Positions 51,143 through 61,086 of a stretch of 64,000 nucleotides of DNA are shown piece by piece. Under the pieces are notes generated by a model. That model worked only from the letters and a program-made list of their open reading frames with translations, was not told the DNA's origin and did not search any database. Both the position numbers and the translations under genes were made by a program. The stretch lies in the NCBI GenBank assembly GCA_029821735.1, contig JALGSU010000021.1, positions 77,993-141,992 of the forward strand. The letters are read 5' to 3'. This DNA is from Candidatus Zipacnadia bacterium (lineage in GTDB: Bacteria > Armatimonadota > Zipacnadia > Zipacnadales > UBA5352). Within the stretch, counting starts at the first letter, position 1. Each line of letters opens with the position of its first letter.

Positions 51143-51973
51143 TCAGAAGTCGAGCCATATGTGCAGGTGTTCGTAGATGCGTCCGAACACTTCCATTGCG
51201 ATGAAGAGCCCTGCGAACATCTGCACGAAGCCCCGGCGCCACATGTTCACGAGCGGCGGCACGCGCTTGTAGGGATCCGCGCGCCATTCGTTCAGAATCT
51301 TGTGGCCGGACCGCAGCCCCGCTGCCATCTCGCGCGCAGTGGGCTCCCGGGTTGAGAAGATCATCTGGATGAAGTAGCCGGTCTGCATGCGCAGACTCCA
51401 GCCAACGACGATGACGCCGAGCCCCAGCATCAGGTTCACTGAGGCCAGCGGCACGCCCACCAGGAGCATTGGCAGCACACCGGCCAGCAGGTTCGAGCCG
51501 CAGCGGCGGTGTGCCCGGGGCATCGTCCAGGCAAGCTCTTCGGTCAGTTCGCCGTAGTGCTCGATGGCCCCGATCACTTTGTGCTCCGCGGCATGGTAGC
51601 CCGCCAGAGGTGACAGACGCATCAGAGTCAGGAAGCACAGGAATGTCAGCAGGTTAATGCCGATCTGGAAAATGATGTCGCTGGCCTGGTCGGTCGTATG
51701 AGCAAGCTGCAGCAGGTAGGGCACCAGCGGAAGGCCGGTAAGCTGCGCGATCAGCCAGGTCACCGCGTAAGTGAGCACCATCGCCCCCGACCCGAGCGCG
51801 GCCATCGCCAGACCGGTCAGCGCGAGTTGCCAGTCAGAACTCGTGCGCAACACACCGGTGGACATGTGCACCCCACCGGGCATGGCACTGCCACTGATGC
51901 GTGGCACGGGGGGCGTTGGGGCCCCCGGCAGCATCCAGTCGGGGTAGATTGATGGGGCGTATCGCTGAAACAT
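51143..51973 (-). CDS. DUF1385 (YqhQ-like) membrane protein
   Basis: YHAAEHKVI, HRRCGSNL, STREP. Confidence 0.85.
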   Translation of the reverse strand: MFQRYAPSIYPDWMLPGAPTPPVPRISGSAMPGGVHMSTGVLRTSSDWQLALTGLAMAALGSGAMVLTYAVTWLIAQLTGLPLVPYLLQLAHTTDQASDIIFQIGINLLTFLCFLTLMRLSPLAGYHAAEHKVIGAIEHYGELTEELAWTMPRAHRRCGSNLLAGVLPMLLVGVPLASVNLMLGLGVIVVGWSLRMQTGYFIQMIFSTREPTAREMAAGLRSGHKILNEWRADPYKRVPPLVNMWRRGFVQMFAGLFIAMEVFGRIYEHLHIWLDF

Positions 51974-52009
51974 TGGCCCTCGGAAGCTCGCCGGACGCCG
52001 TCACGGGTC

Positions 52010-52038
52010 TTGATAGCGACGGGCAGTTATGATATAGT
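52010..52038 (+). promoter_or_regulatory. Sigma70 promoter of rpmB
   Basis: TTGATA-N17-TATAGT with extended TG. Confidence 0.7.
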
Positions 52039-52125
52039 TAATACTCTTGGACACTGACGCGGGCGCGTGTCTACGCCCGCCCGCTGAGGATCGCAGGGGT
52101 CCTCGCAAGGAAGGACACACTCGAG

Positions 52126-52323
52126 ATGGCTAAGGTATGCGACATTTGCGGCAAGAAAGTCAGCACAGGCTGCAACGTAAGCAAGTCCTATCGGCACACC
52201 AAGCGCACCTGGGAGCCGAACCTGCAGAAGGTTCGGGCTATCGTGGATGGGTCGCCCAAGCGCGTGAAGGCTTGCACGTCCTGTCTCAAGGCCGGCAAGG
52301 TCAAAAAAGCCGCCAGAGGATAG
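52126..52323 (+). CDS. rpmB: 50S ribosomal protein L28 (Zn-binding form)
   Basis: MAKVCDICGK...TKRTWEPNLQKV...CTSCLKAGKV; SD AGGAAGGA. Confidence 0.97.
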   Translation: MAKVCDICGKKVSTGCNVSKSYRHTKRTWEPNLQKVRAIVDGSPKRVKACTSCLKAGKVKKAARG

Positions 52324-52348
52324 GAGCGCAGCAGGTGCAAACCCACGA

Positions 52349-52378
52349 GACGGCCGGGGCAGTTCTCCCGGCCGTTTG
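52349..52378 (+). terminator. rpmB intrinsic terminator
   Basis: ACGGCCGGG/CCCGGCCGT stem ending in a short T run. Confidence 0.75.
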
Positions 52379-52419
52379 TGCTGCGTGCGTGTCTTCTGCC
52401 CCGCCTGCGCGACAAGTGA

Positions 52420-52449
52420 ATTATACCACAGTGCGCTCGGGCCACGCAA
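52420..52449 (-). promoter_or_regulatory. Putative antisense sigma70 promoter facing rpmB
   Basis: Minus strand TTGCGT-N18-TATAAT with extended TG; same TGGTATAATT as the gyrB promoter. Confidence 0.55.
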
Positions 52450-52516
52450 CGGCGGCTGCGACGGCGGGCTATGCGCCGTCAGAACGCCGGCGACAGTCAG
52501 TGGTAGGTGAGGACAT

Positions 52517-53824
52517 ATGAGCGCCGCCCCGCGCGTCGCGATCAAGACCTTCGGCTGCAAGCTCAACCAGTATGAGGGCGAGCAGATACGCGAAGACTTC
52601 GAGGCGCTTGGCTTCGATGTGGCTGACTTCGGCGAGGCAGCCGAAGTGCACGTCATCAACTCCTGCACCGTTACCCACCGCACCGACCGTGACACCCGCC
52701 GAGTTTCACGCGCCGTCAAGCGCAAGCAGGCTGATGCGCTGGTGATCGTGACCGGGTGCTACGCCGAGGTGAACCCCGAGGTCGTCGAGGCACTCGACTC
52801 GGTCGACATCATCGTCGGCAACGAGGACAAGCGCAAAATCGCGACCATGGCCGCTGACTGGCTCGCCGAGCATCGCGAGCTGACCGTGTCCGCCGCAAGC
52901 GATGGACACGAGCGGCTGGTGCATCACTTCCGGGGCCACACACGCGCTTTCATCAAAGTGCAGAATGGCTGCGACGCCAACTGCGCGTATTGCATCATCC
53001 CCACGGCCCGTGGCGCCAGCCGCAGCGAACCCATGCCCGCAGCTCTGCAGCAGGCGCGACTGCTGGTGGACGGTGGTCACCCCGAACTGGTACTGGTGGG
53101 CATCCACCTGGGCCGATGGGGGCATGATCTCCCCGGGCCCGCGCAGACACTGGCTGACCTTGCGACCGAGATGTGCTCGATCCCCGATCTGGGGCGCCTG
53201 CGTCTGAGCAGCATCGAACCCCGCGAAGTGACCGAGGAGCTGCTGGCGATGGTGCTCGCCGGTGGCCGGTCGCTGACCGGCGACGAGTCCCTGCCGGGCC
53301 GCGGCAGAGTCTGCCGGCACCTGCATATCCCTCTGCAGAGCGGCTGCGACGCCACCCTCGCGCGCATGCGACGCCCCTACCAGAGCCAGTTCTACGCGGA
53401 CCTCGTCGCGCGCATTGTTGACTCGAACCCGCACGTCGCGATCGGCGCGGATGTGCTGACGGGCTTCCCAGGCGAGACCGAGGAGGAGTTCGAGACCACT
53501 CGTGCGTTCGTGGCAGCGCTGCCCGTGTCATACCTGCACGTGTTTACCTACTCCGAGCGTGCCGGCACTGACGCGGCGACGATGCCGGACCCGGTCAACC
53601 CCGAGGTGCGTAAGCACCGCACGCATGTTCTGATGGATCTCTCTGCGCGCAAAGCGACTGATTTCGCGCAGGCGGCAGTGGGGGAGACGCTGGAATTGGT
53701 CGTCGAGGGCAGCCACAACTACCTGCGTGTCGATTTCGAGGGCCCCGAGGAGCTGATCGGACGGATCGTCGCGGTCAGAGTCGAGGCCCTCGTCGATGGC
53801 AAACTAATTGGCGATTTGTGCTGA
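52517..53824 (+). CDS. mtaB: tRNA t6A methylthiotransferase MtaB
   Basis: TFGCKLNQYE, INSCTVT, VTGCYA, radical SAM CDANCAYC, RLSSIEP, HVFTYSER. Confidence 0.93.
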   Translation: MSAAPRVAIKTFGCKLNQYEGEQIREDFEALGFDVADFGEAAEVHVINSCTVTHRTDRDTRRVSRAVKRKQADALVIVTGCYAEVNPEVVEALDSVDIIVGNEDKRKIATMAADWLAEHRELTVSAASDGHERLVHHFRGHTRAFIKVQNGCDANCAYCIIPTARGASRSEPMPAALQQARLLVDGGHPELVLVGIHLGRWGHDLPGPAQTLADLATEMCSIPDLGRLRLSSIEPREVTEELLAMVLAGGRSLTGDESLPGRGRVCRHLHIPLQSGCDATLARMRRPYQSQFYADLVARIVDSNPHVAIGADVLTGFPGETEEEFETTRAFVAALPVSYLHVFTYSERAGTDAATMPDPVNPEVRKHRTHVLMDLSARKATDFAQAAVGETLELVVEGSHNYLRVDFEGPEELIGRIVAVRVEALVDGKLIGDLC

Positions 53825-54288
53825 GGCGATCTTCTCCGCCGGCTGGATAGCGTCCGCTGGCGCCTCATTGGGGTTGACTGACCGTTCCATGACGAAGGTC
53901 TGGCGCATGGAAATGTCGTCGGGATCGTCACGGTGGATCCGTATCGTGGTCCGCTGCGAGCGATAGCCTGTCTTGCTGACCAGGATCTCGACCTGGAGTT
54001 GTACAGCCAACCGCGCCAGCCAGGCGGGAAGCTGTTGGCGAGAGCGTCGTAGTCAGCGCCAGTCTTGTCTTCCTGCAAAGTCCCATCCACCCACACCGTC
54101 GCGCCCCTCACGGGATCACCATCCTGGTCGGCAACGTTCAGGTAGATGTCCAGATTCTTCCAGGGAGATGTATAGGTGACGTCATCATACAACCAATCAT
54201 CTTCGTACCAGAAATCGGAGCCACAACCCGTAGTGAGCAGTAGAGCGATCGTGAGCATGCACATTGGGACAGCAAGTAGGCGGCGCAC
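53804..54288 (-). pseudogene. Putative lipoprotein, frameshifted near 53997 (possibly artefact)
   Basis: SD AAAGGAG, lipobox LTTG-C; the beta-sandwich sequence continues as LQVEILVSKTGY... in ORF 53804..54010. Confidence 0.65.
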
Positions 54289-54321
54289 GGTGGTCACCTC
54301 TCCTTTGTTCGACTTACTACT

Positions 54322-54350
54322 ATAATATGTAGTAGACAGCATTGTGTCAA
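54322..54350 (-). promoter_or_regulatory. Sigma70 promoter of the lipoprotein gene with overlapping inverted repeat
   Basis: Minus strand TTGACA-N17-TATTAT; CTACTA-N7-TAGTAG spans the -10 box. Confidence 0.7.
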
Positions 54351-54448
54351 GAGAGGAGTGCATTCGGGCCAGGCAGGTAGCGCCCGCGATCGCGGCGAAG
54401 ATATCGACGCAATCATCGCTGAGTACTGCCTGAGAGACGGTGTGCGAC

Positions 54449-54898
54449 GTGCGTGCAGTAGTGCAGAGATCAAGTGAGGCGGCCGTGCGTGTCGATGGCG
54501 CGGTCGTGGGAAACATAGAGCGCGGTTTGGTCGTCCTGGTGGGCTGCGGCGAGGGTGACGTGGCGGACGACGCGCGCTATATCGCCGAGAAAGTCGCCCA
54601 TTTGCGCGTCTTCGAGGACGAGGCGGGTAAAATGAACCTGTCAGTCCTCGACATCGTCGGCGAAGTGCTGGTGATCTCGCAGTTCACGCTCTACGGTGAT
54701 TGCCGCAAGGGACGTCGCCCGAGCTTCACCGGGGCGCTGGCCCCGGATGAGGCGGACAGACTGATTGCAGGGATGGCCGAGCACCTGACGTCTCTCGGCC
54801 TCAAGGTGGAGGAGGGGCAGTTCGGCGCCAAGATGTCGGTATCGCTAACTAACGATGGCCCGGTGACCATACTGCTGGACAGCACGCGGGCCTTCTGA
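54449..54898 (+). CDS. dtd: D-aminoacyl-tRNA deacylase
   Basis: [30 protein letters not shown]. Confidence 0.96.
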   Translation: MRAVVQRSSEAAVRVDGAVVGNIERGLVVLVGCGEGDVADDARYIAEKVAHLRVFEDEAGKMNLSVLDIVGEVLVISQFTLYGDCRKGRRPSFTGALAPDEADRLIAGMAEHLTSLGLKVEEGQFGAKMSVSLTNDGPVTILLDSTRAF

Positions 54899-54915
54899 CC
54901 GGACGGTCACAGATC

Positions 54916-55773
54916 ATGGCGCGAAGAAGGAAACGCAGTAAGAACCGATCTGACAAGCGCATCCTCTCCGAGAGGCATCGGCAGGTTGCCGATGAGATTG
55001 CACTCGAGGGCGATCTCAGCAATGCCACCGAGGTGTACGAGCATGCGACTCAGGTCGACGACAGCAACGCCGACGCGCTGGTCGGCCTCGGCGATGCCTA
55101 CGTGGCTCGCGAGGCGTCAGCGGCCGCATACCGTGCCTACAAGAAAGCCCTCACGGTGCACCCCCGACACGCAGTTGCGCACGCCGCGCTCGCCGATTTC
55201 CTCATCAGGCATGGCCTGCTGAAGCAGGCCACTCGCGCTCAGGAGAAAGCCGTCGAGTGCGATCCTGCGCGCTCCTACTTCCAGTATCGCCTGGCCGAGC
55301 TGTATCTGCTTGCCGGGCGCATGGAGCATGCCGAAGAACGTCTCAACACAGCCATCAGTCTGGAGAGCGACGAGTCGCTGTATCACTATAAACTCGGCGA
55401 GCTGCATTCACGTCGGGGGCATTGGGATGAAGCAGTCGCCGCCTATCTTGATGCCACTCGCCACTCGCCGCTGGACGACTTCTACCTGGTGCGGATGGCG
55501 GCGGTGCTCATTCGGTTGGAGCGCCGCAGTGAAGCCCTTGACGCGCTTCAGCGGGCCGTGCGTATCGACCCCGATAACCTGGCTCACCGCTACTTGCTGG
55601 GCGAGTTGATGGTGCTGATGGGCGACCTGAGCGGGGGCAACGAGCACATCCGCCGCGCGGGGGGCCTGGACGAGTACGACCGCGACTATGTCGGCCGCAT
55701 GAAGCTACGTTCGGGGCAGATGCTCGAGGACGAGGCGCTCGTGACCATACCCCCCATCGAAGTCCCCGTATGA
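54916..55773 (+). CDS. Tetratricopeptide repeat protein
   Basis: Tandem 34-aa helical repeats ending in DP/HP/SP. Confidence 0.88.
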   Translation: MARRRKRSKNRSDKRILSERHRQVADEIALEGDLSNATEVYEHATQVDDSNADALVGLGDAYVAREASAAAYRAYKKALTVHPRHAVAHAALADFLIRHGLLKQATRAQEKAVECDPARSYFQYRLAELYLLAGRMEHAEERLNTAISLESDESLYHYKLGELHSRRGHWDEAVAAYLDATRHSPLDDFYLVRMAAVLIRLERRSEALDALQRAVRIDPDNLAHRYLLGELMVLMGDLSGGNEHIRRAGGLDEYDRDYVGRMKLRSGQMLEDEALVTIPPIEVPV

Positions 55774-55789
55774 CCGGGAAGGAACCCGC

Positions 55790-56416
55790 ATGATCCTCGA
55801 GACACTGCCCGTAGGCCCGCTGGCCGCGAACTGCCACGTCGTCGGCTGTCCGGATACACGCGAGGGATTCGTCATTGACCCCGGCGGCGATGCGCCGGTC
55901 ATAATCGAGGCCATCGAGCGGCTGGAGATTTTGGTGCGTTACATCCTCAACACCCACGGGCACGTGGACCATGTGGCTGCCAACGACGCGGTTCGCGACG
56001 CCACCGGCGCCTCGCTCTACATCCACGAGGGCGACCGCGAGATGATCGAGTGCCCTGACCCGGACTGGGCCGCCATGGTAGGCGGCTGGGACCCGTCCGT
56101 TCCCGACGCGACTTTCGGCGAGGGCGACATTCTCACGGTCGGTTCGCTGCAGGTGCAGGTGCTGCACACGCCGGGACACAGCCCCGGTTGCGTGTGCCTG
56201 AGCGTGGGTGGCGACCTGTTCACCGGCGACACACTCTTCGCCAGCGGCATCGGTCGCAGCGATCTGCCCGGTGGGAATTGGGAGACGCTGCAGGCCTCGC
56301 TGAGGCGCCTGATGGCGGAGATCGACCCCGCCATGCGCGTACACCCCGGCCACGGGCCCTCGTCCACCATGGGCGAGGAGATTCGCGTGAACCCGTGGCT
56401 GGCCGAGTTGCGCTGA
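55790..56416 (+). CDS. MBL-fold metallo-hydrolase (glyoxalase II-like)
   Basis: THGHVDH, HTPGHSPG, FTGDTLF, PGHG. Confidence 0.93.
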   Translation: MILETLPVGPLAANCHVVGCPDTREGFVIDPGGDAPVIIEAIERLEILVRYILNTHGHVDHVAANDAVRDATGASLYIHEGDREMIECPDPDWAAMVGGWDPSVPDATFGEGDILTVGSLQVQVLHTPGHSPGCVCLSVGGDLFTGDTLFASGIGRSDLPGGNWETLQASLRRLMAEIDPAMRVHPGHGPSSTMGEEIRVNPWLAELR

Positions 56417-56445
56417 GCCCGAACCGGCCCCACCCGCCCCCGACC

Positions 56446-56475
56446 TTGCCCACCCATGAGGCTTCGTGTTAGAAT
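56446..56475 (+). promoter_or_regulatory. Putative sigma70 promoter of the SPOR-deoB operon
   Basis: TTGCCC-N18-TAGAAT with extended TG. Confidence 0.55.
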
Positions 56476-56533
56476 TGCCCACGGATTGCACCCGAAGCTT
56501 GCTTTGCAGCCGAAATCACCGGAGGGTCCGCTG

Positions 56534-57253
56534 ATGGCGCCGAAAAAGTCGACACTGGGCGAACGCCTGATGGAGAGCCTGAGATTCTGGGCTGTAGTGG
56601 CGATCATTTGTGGCGTCGTGGGCCTCGTCGCGTACACCGTCGGTAAGCGATACGTCGGCTCCCACCTGCACGAGATGGAGGTCAAGGAGGGCGCCCCGCA
56701 GATATCGCCGCTGGGCGGCAGCGATATGGTGCGTCCGGACGACAGTGATACGCCTCCGGAGAAACCTATCGTCGTGGTGACCGAGCGTGAGCCCACTCCG
56801 CGCGAGCGGCGCGAGGCCGAGCGTGAACTCAGCGATCCTCAGGACGGCGCGTCACTGCACGCTGATGAGGCCGCAGACGACGAACCGGACGCCGCCGACG
56901 ACGATGCCGACAGCGCGGACGCCGATGACGACGCTGACGCTGACGCCGCCGCTGATCCCGATGAAGATGCAGACGCAGACGATGACGCTGATCCCGATGA
57001 CGCGGTTGCGGATGCCAGCGACGATGGCAGCCACGTCGTCTCCGCCGGATCGTTCGCGAACGCGGAGAACGCGAAAGCCCAAGTCAGCAGACTGGCGGGC
57101 ATGGGCTACCACCCCTACGTCACCCACGTTGAGAAGGATGGCGTGACCTTCAGTCGCGTCAACGTTGGCGAGTTCGACTCTCGCACCAAGGCCGACGATG
57201 TGGCCGACGAGTTGAAAGCCAAGGGCTTTGACGCGGCCGTCTGGACCCGTTGA
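56534..57253 (+). CDS. SPOR-domain cell division/envelope protein
   Basis: Single TM, Asp/Ala-rich linker, C-terminal AGSFANAENA...RVNVGEF..A...L.AKG. Confidence 0.88.
   Translation: MAPKKSTLGERLMESLRFWAVVAIICGVVGLVAYTVGKRYVGSHLHEMEVKEGAPQISPLGGSDMVRPDDSDTPPEKPIVVVTEREPTPRERREAERELSDPQDGASLHADEAADDEPDAADDDADSADADDDADADAAADPDEDADADDDADPDDAVADASDDGSHVVSAGSFANAENAKAQVSRLAGMGYHPYVTHVEKDGVTFSRVNVGEFDSRTKADDVADELKAKGFDAAVWTR
56862..57026 (+). repeat. Low-complexity Asp/Ala coding repeat
   Basis: Imperfect GACGACGATGCC-like units encoding DADDDADxD. Confidence 0.6.
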
Positions 57254-57255
57254 CC

Positions 57256-58446
57256 ATGGCGGGTACCACGCGCGTGACGGTGATCGTGCTCGACAGCGTT
57301 GGTGTGGGGGGAGCGCCCGACGTCGCTGACTACGGCGACGCGGGCAGCGATACCCTCGGCAACCTTTCGCGGGCGATCGGCGGGCTGCGGCTGCCGGTCC
57401 TGCAGTCTCTTGGTCTGGGTAATCTGGCGCAGATCGAGGGAGTGCCCCCGGCCGCGAATCCGCGGGCCGCGTGGGGACGCATGACCGAGCGCTCTGCAGG
57501 CAAGGATACGACCGCCGGTCACTGGGAGATGATGGGTATCATCTCTCGAACGCCCTTCCCGGTCTACCCCGACGGCTTCCCCGGAAGTCTGATCGCCGAG
57601 CTTGCGCGCCGGTGCGGCCGCCCGATCATTGGCAACCGCCCCGCGTCAGGCACGGTCATTATCGAGGAGCTACTGGCTGAGCATCTGCACCGGGGCGCGC
57701 TGATCGTCTACACCTCCGCCGACAGTGTCCTGCAGATCGCGGCCCACGAAGACGTTGTGCCCGTGGCCGAGCTGTATCGCTGCTGCGAGATCGCGCGCGA
57801 GATGATGGTGGGCGAGCACGCCGTCTCGCGGGTAATCGCGCGACCCTTTGTGGGTGAGCCCGGTGACCTGCAGCGCACTGACCGCCGCCGCGACTTCTCG
57901 CTGCCGCCGCCGGAGCAGACGGTTCTGGATGCGCTGACCGAGGCAGGCGTGAACGCCTGCGGCATCGGCAAGATCGGCGACATCTTCGCCCATCGCGGCG
58001 TCTCGGAGGAAGTGCACACTGCCTCGAACGCCGATGGCTGCGAGCGCATCATTGAGCGGCTCGACACACAGTCTGAGGGCATGATCTTCGCGAACCTGAA
58101 CGATTTCGACTCGAAGTGGGGGCACCGGAACAACGCGGAGGGTTACGCGGCGGCGCTGGTTGAGGTCGATGGTTATCTGCCCTCAATGCTCGATCGGCTG
58201 GACGAGCGCGACTTGCTCTTCATCACCGCGGACCACGGCTGCGACCCGACCACCGAGAGCACGGACCACTCGCGCGAGCAGGTGCCGTTGCTGGTGACGG
58301 GAGGCGGCGTGCACGCGGGCACCGAACTTGGAGTGCGCGACAGCTTCGCTGACCTGGGCGCGACGGTCAGTGAGGCGCTGGGCGTCGCGCCGCCTGCGGT
58401 CGGCATGAGTTTCCTGGGCGAGATGATCGCTCGTGATGGGCAATGA
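57256..58446 (+). CDS. deoB: Phosphopentomutase
   Basis: IVLDSVGVG, SAGKDTTAGHWE, YTSADSV, DFDSKWGHR, TADHGCDP, DHSRE. Confidence 0.96.
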   Translation: MAGTTRVTVIVLDSVGVGGAPDVADYGDAGSDTLGNLSRAIGGLRLPVLQSLGLGNLAQIEGVPPAANPRAAWGRMTERSAGKDTTAGHWEMMGIISRTPFPVYPDGFPGSLIAELARRCGRPIIGNRPASGTVIIEELLAEHLHRGALIVYTSADSVLQIAAHEDVVPVAELYRCCEIAREMMVGEHAVSRVIARPFVGEPGDLQRTDRRRDFSLPPPEQTVLDALTEAGVNACGIGKIGDIFAHRGVSEEVHTASNADGCERIIERLDTQSEGMIFANLNDFDSKWGHRNNAEGYAAALVEVDGYLPSMLDRLDERDLLFITADHGCDPTTESTDHSREQVPLLVTGGGVHAGTELGVRDSFADLGATVSEALGVAPPAVGMSFLGEMIARDGQ

Positions 58447-59774
58447 GCATGGACATCAGACGGCTGAGTGAACGCAAGCGTCACGGCCAGGAGTTGGCCG
58501 CTGACGAACTGCGCGAGGTGGTGGCAGCATACACCGCTGGCGATATAGGTGATGCGCCGATGGCCGCCTGGCTGATGGCCGTGTGCTGCGAGGGCATGAC
58601 TGAGGCGGAGGCCTGGGCACTCACCGAGGCGATGACCGACTCGGGTGAGCGCCTGGACCTGTCCGGGCTGTCGCGTCCGACGGTGGACAAGCATTCAACG
58701 GGTGGCGTGGGGGACAAGGTCACGCTCGTGGCTGGCCCGATCGCAGCGGCGTGCGGCGCCTGCGTTGCGAAGATGTCCGGTCGCGGGCTGGGCCACACCG
58801 GGGGGACGATCGACAAGCTTGAGACCATCCCGGGGCTGAGCACGCAGGTCGCTCCTGACGATTTCATGGCCCAGGCGGAGCGCGTGGGGCTGGTCGTGGC
58901 AGCGCAGAGCATGGCCCTCGCGCCCGCCGATGGCAAGATGTATGCGCTGCGCGACGCCACCGGTACGGTGGACAGTCCCGCCCTGATTGCCTCGTCGATC
59001 ATGAGCAAGAAGTTGGCCGCGGGCGCCGACGCAATTGTGCTCGACGTCACGGTGGGCAGCGGGGCCTTCATGCGCGAGCGGGTCGAGGCGTTGTCGCTGG
59101 CCGAGCTGATGGTGAGTATCGGCAGGCGCGCGGGACGCTGCGTCGGCGCGCTGCTGACCGACATGGATCAGCCCCTCGGCGAAGCGGTGGGCAATGCCAT
59201 CGAGGTCGAGGAGGCCGTGAGGGCGCTGCGCGGACTCGGGCCGCGTGATGTTCACGAGGTGTCCGTGGCGGTCGCTGCCTGGATGCTGGTGGCTGCGCGG
59301 ATAGCCGCCGACGAGGCGTCCGGCCGCGCTATGGCTGAGGAAGCTATCGCCTCGGGGGCCGCGCTGGACGCGTTGCGTGAGATGGTGCAGGCGCAGGGCG
59401 GCGACGTGGCGGCGCTGGACCGGCCCATGCTGGGGCACGAGTCCGCGGAACTGGGCCGCTGGGGCGCGAGCGAAGCCGGCTGGGTCACGTGTCTGGATGC
59501 GCGAGGCGTCGGCTACGCGGCGCTGGCCGCGGGCGCTGGCAGGCGGCGCAAAACCGACGAAGTGGATCCGGCCGCCGGTGTCCGCCTGCTGCGCAAGGTG
59601 GGCGACTGCGTGGAGCCAGGCGACATTCTCGCGGAGGTGACGGCGCGATCGCATGAGCGGTTGATCGCTGCCTTCGAGGAACTTGACCGAGCCTATCAGA
59701 TCGGCAATGAACGGCCTGAGCTTGGGCCGCTTGTGCTGGACATCATCACACCTTCAGCGGAGGTCGCGCCATGA
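58443..59774 (+). CDS. pdp: Pyrimidine-nucleoside/thymidine phosphorylase
   Basis: DKHSTGGVGDK, KMSGRGLGHTGGTIDKLE, SSIMSKKLA. Confidence 0.95.
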   Translation: MSMDIRRLSERKRHGQELAADELREVVAAYTAGDIGDAPMAAWLMAVCCEGMTEAEAWALTEAMTDSGERLDLSGLSRPTVDKHSTGGVGDKVTLVAGPIAAACGACVAKMSGRGLGHTGGTIDKLETIPGLSTQVAPDDFMAQAERVGLVVAAQSMALAPADGKMYALRDATGTVDSPALIASSIMSKKLAAGADAIVLDVTVGSGAFMRERVEALSLAELMVSIGRRAGRCVGALLTDMDQPLGEAVGNAIEVEEAVRALRGLGPRDVHEVSVAVAAWMLVAARIAADEASGRAMAEEAIASGAALDALREMVQAQGGDVAALDRPMLGHESAELGRWGASEAGWVTCLDARGVGYAALAAGAGRRRKTDEVDPAAGVRLLRKVGDCVEPGDILAEVTARSHERLIAAFEELDRAYQIGNERPELGPLVLDIITPSAEVAP

Positions 59775-60160
59775 CTGAAGATCCCCGCCTGTGGGTCGGA
59801 CTGACCGTCGTCGTCGTGGGCGCCATGGCCTTCTTCACCGTTGCGTTGCTCATCAGCTCGCGTGGTGAGGAAGCTGGGCGAGTGAAACGCGCTCTCGCCA
59901 TCATCTGGGCATGCGCCTTGGGAGCTCTCGGCGTTGCCTGGTGGCTGCGTTCGCAACTGGGAGGGCCGGTCGTGGACCTCGATCTGTCCGCCTCACCCAA
60001 TGTGATGTCGCGTTCACTTGAGGATGGGCAAATGCCTGTCGTGCTGGCGGGCCTCGCGATCCTGGCGGGTCTATGTGTGACCGCGCTCATCACGCTTCGC
60101 AGGCTGATGGCCAGCATCCCTGCCGAAGAGATTGAGCCGGACGTGGAGGATGGCTCGTGA
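59771..60160 (+). CDS. Hypothetical three-TM membrane protein
   Basis: Translationally coupled on both sides (ATGA/GTGA overlaps). Confidence 0.75.
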   Translation: MTEDPRLWVGLTVVVVGAMAFFTVALLISSRGEEAGRVKRALAIIWACALGALGVAWWLRSQLGGPVVDLDLSASPNVMSRSLEDGQMPVVLAGLAILAGLCVTALITLRRLMASIPAEEIEPDVEDGS

Positions 60161-61074
60161 CCATTGTTGCGATCGTCCTGTGGCTTGCGCTGGCCCTCGC
60201 GGGCATCTTCATATACTATGTCCGGTACGTGGAGCCGCGCAGCTTTGAGATCACGCACCTGGAGCTGCGCTTCGAGGACTTACCGGCGGGTCTGGACGGG
60301 TTGACGATCACGCATCTGTCGGACTTCCACTGCCAGCCCACCGCTGGCAGCCATTTCACCAGCGCCGAGGCCGTGCGGCTGGCGGGTGAAGCTGGCTCGG
60401 ACCTGATTGTGGTGTCCGGCGATCTGCTCGACGGTTACGACCTGGTGGACATCAGCGGCCCGCAGCTTGAGGGCATGACCGCACCCCTGGGGGTGTGGGC
60501 GGTGCTCGGCAATCACGATCACTACTGTTTCTACGCGATGGGTTCGCGGATGCCGCCCGAGCCACCGGTGGCCGAAATCCAGCGTTCGCTTGCCGAGCAT
60601 GGCGTCGAGGCGCTCAGCAACGAGTGCCGGACGCTCTCGATCGATGGTGCGACGCTGGCGCTGGTAGGCTGCGACGATGTGGCCTCGGGCAACGATGATC
60701 TGTCGGCGGCCATGGACGGCTGCGGGGCCGCTGACTTGACCGTGCTGCTGGCGCACAGCCCGGACGTTCTCGATGACCCGGACGCGGCGCGCGCCGACCT
60801 GATTCTGTGCGGGCATACACATGGCGGGCAATTGCGCCTGCCGGGCATTGGCTCACCGTGGGCGCCCGTGTGGCGCGATCGGCGTCGCTCGGCAGGACTG
60901 ATGCGAGCCGGTGGTCCGCTGTGTTACGTGAACCGCGGGGTGGCCTCCGCCACTCAGGCGAGATTCATGTGCCGACCTGAAGTCGCTATCATTACGCTGC
61001 GGCGCGGGACAATGGAGGGCGTACGTGAAGTGCCCGTGCGTCGCCCCGCCGCCATGATCGACCCGGATGTTTGA
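60157..61074 (+). CDS. Metallophosphoesterase (YkuE-like)
   Basis: HLSDFH, SGD, GNHD, LAHSPD, GHTHGGQ. Confidence 0.92.
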   Translation: MTIVAIVLWLALALAGIFIYYVRYVEPRSFEITHLELRFEDLPAGLDGLTITHLSDFHCQPTAGSHFTSAEAVRLAGEAGSDLIVVSGDLLDGYDLVDISGPQLEGMTAPLGVWAVLGNHDHYCFYAMGSRMPPEPPVAEIQRSLAEHGVEALSNECRTLSIDGATLALVGCDDVASGNDDLSAAMDGCGAADLTVLLAHSPDVLDDPDAARADLILCGHTHGGQLRLPGIGSPWAPVWRDRRRSAGLMRAGGPLCYVNRGVASATQARFMCRPEVAIITLRRGTMEGVREVPVRRPAAMIDPDV

Positions 61075-61086
61075 GGAGGTAGTTTT

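Noticed and set aside
56862-57026. CRISPR-like or VNTR array
   Set aside because: Imperfect codon-level low complexity inside a protein linker, with no repeat-spacer pattern. No CRISPR array or cas gene was seen in the window.
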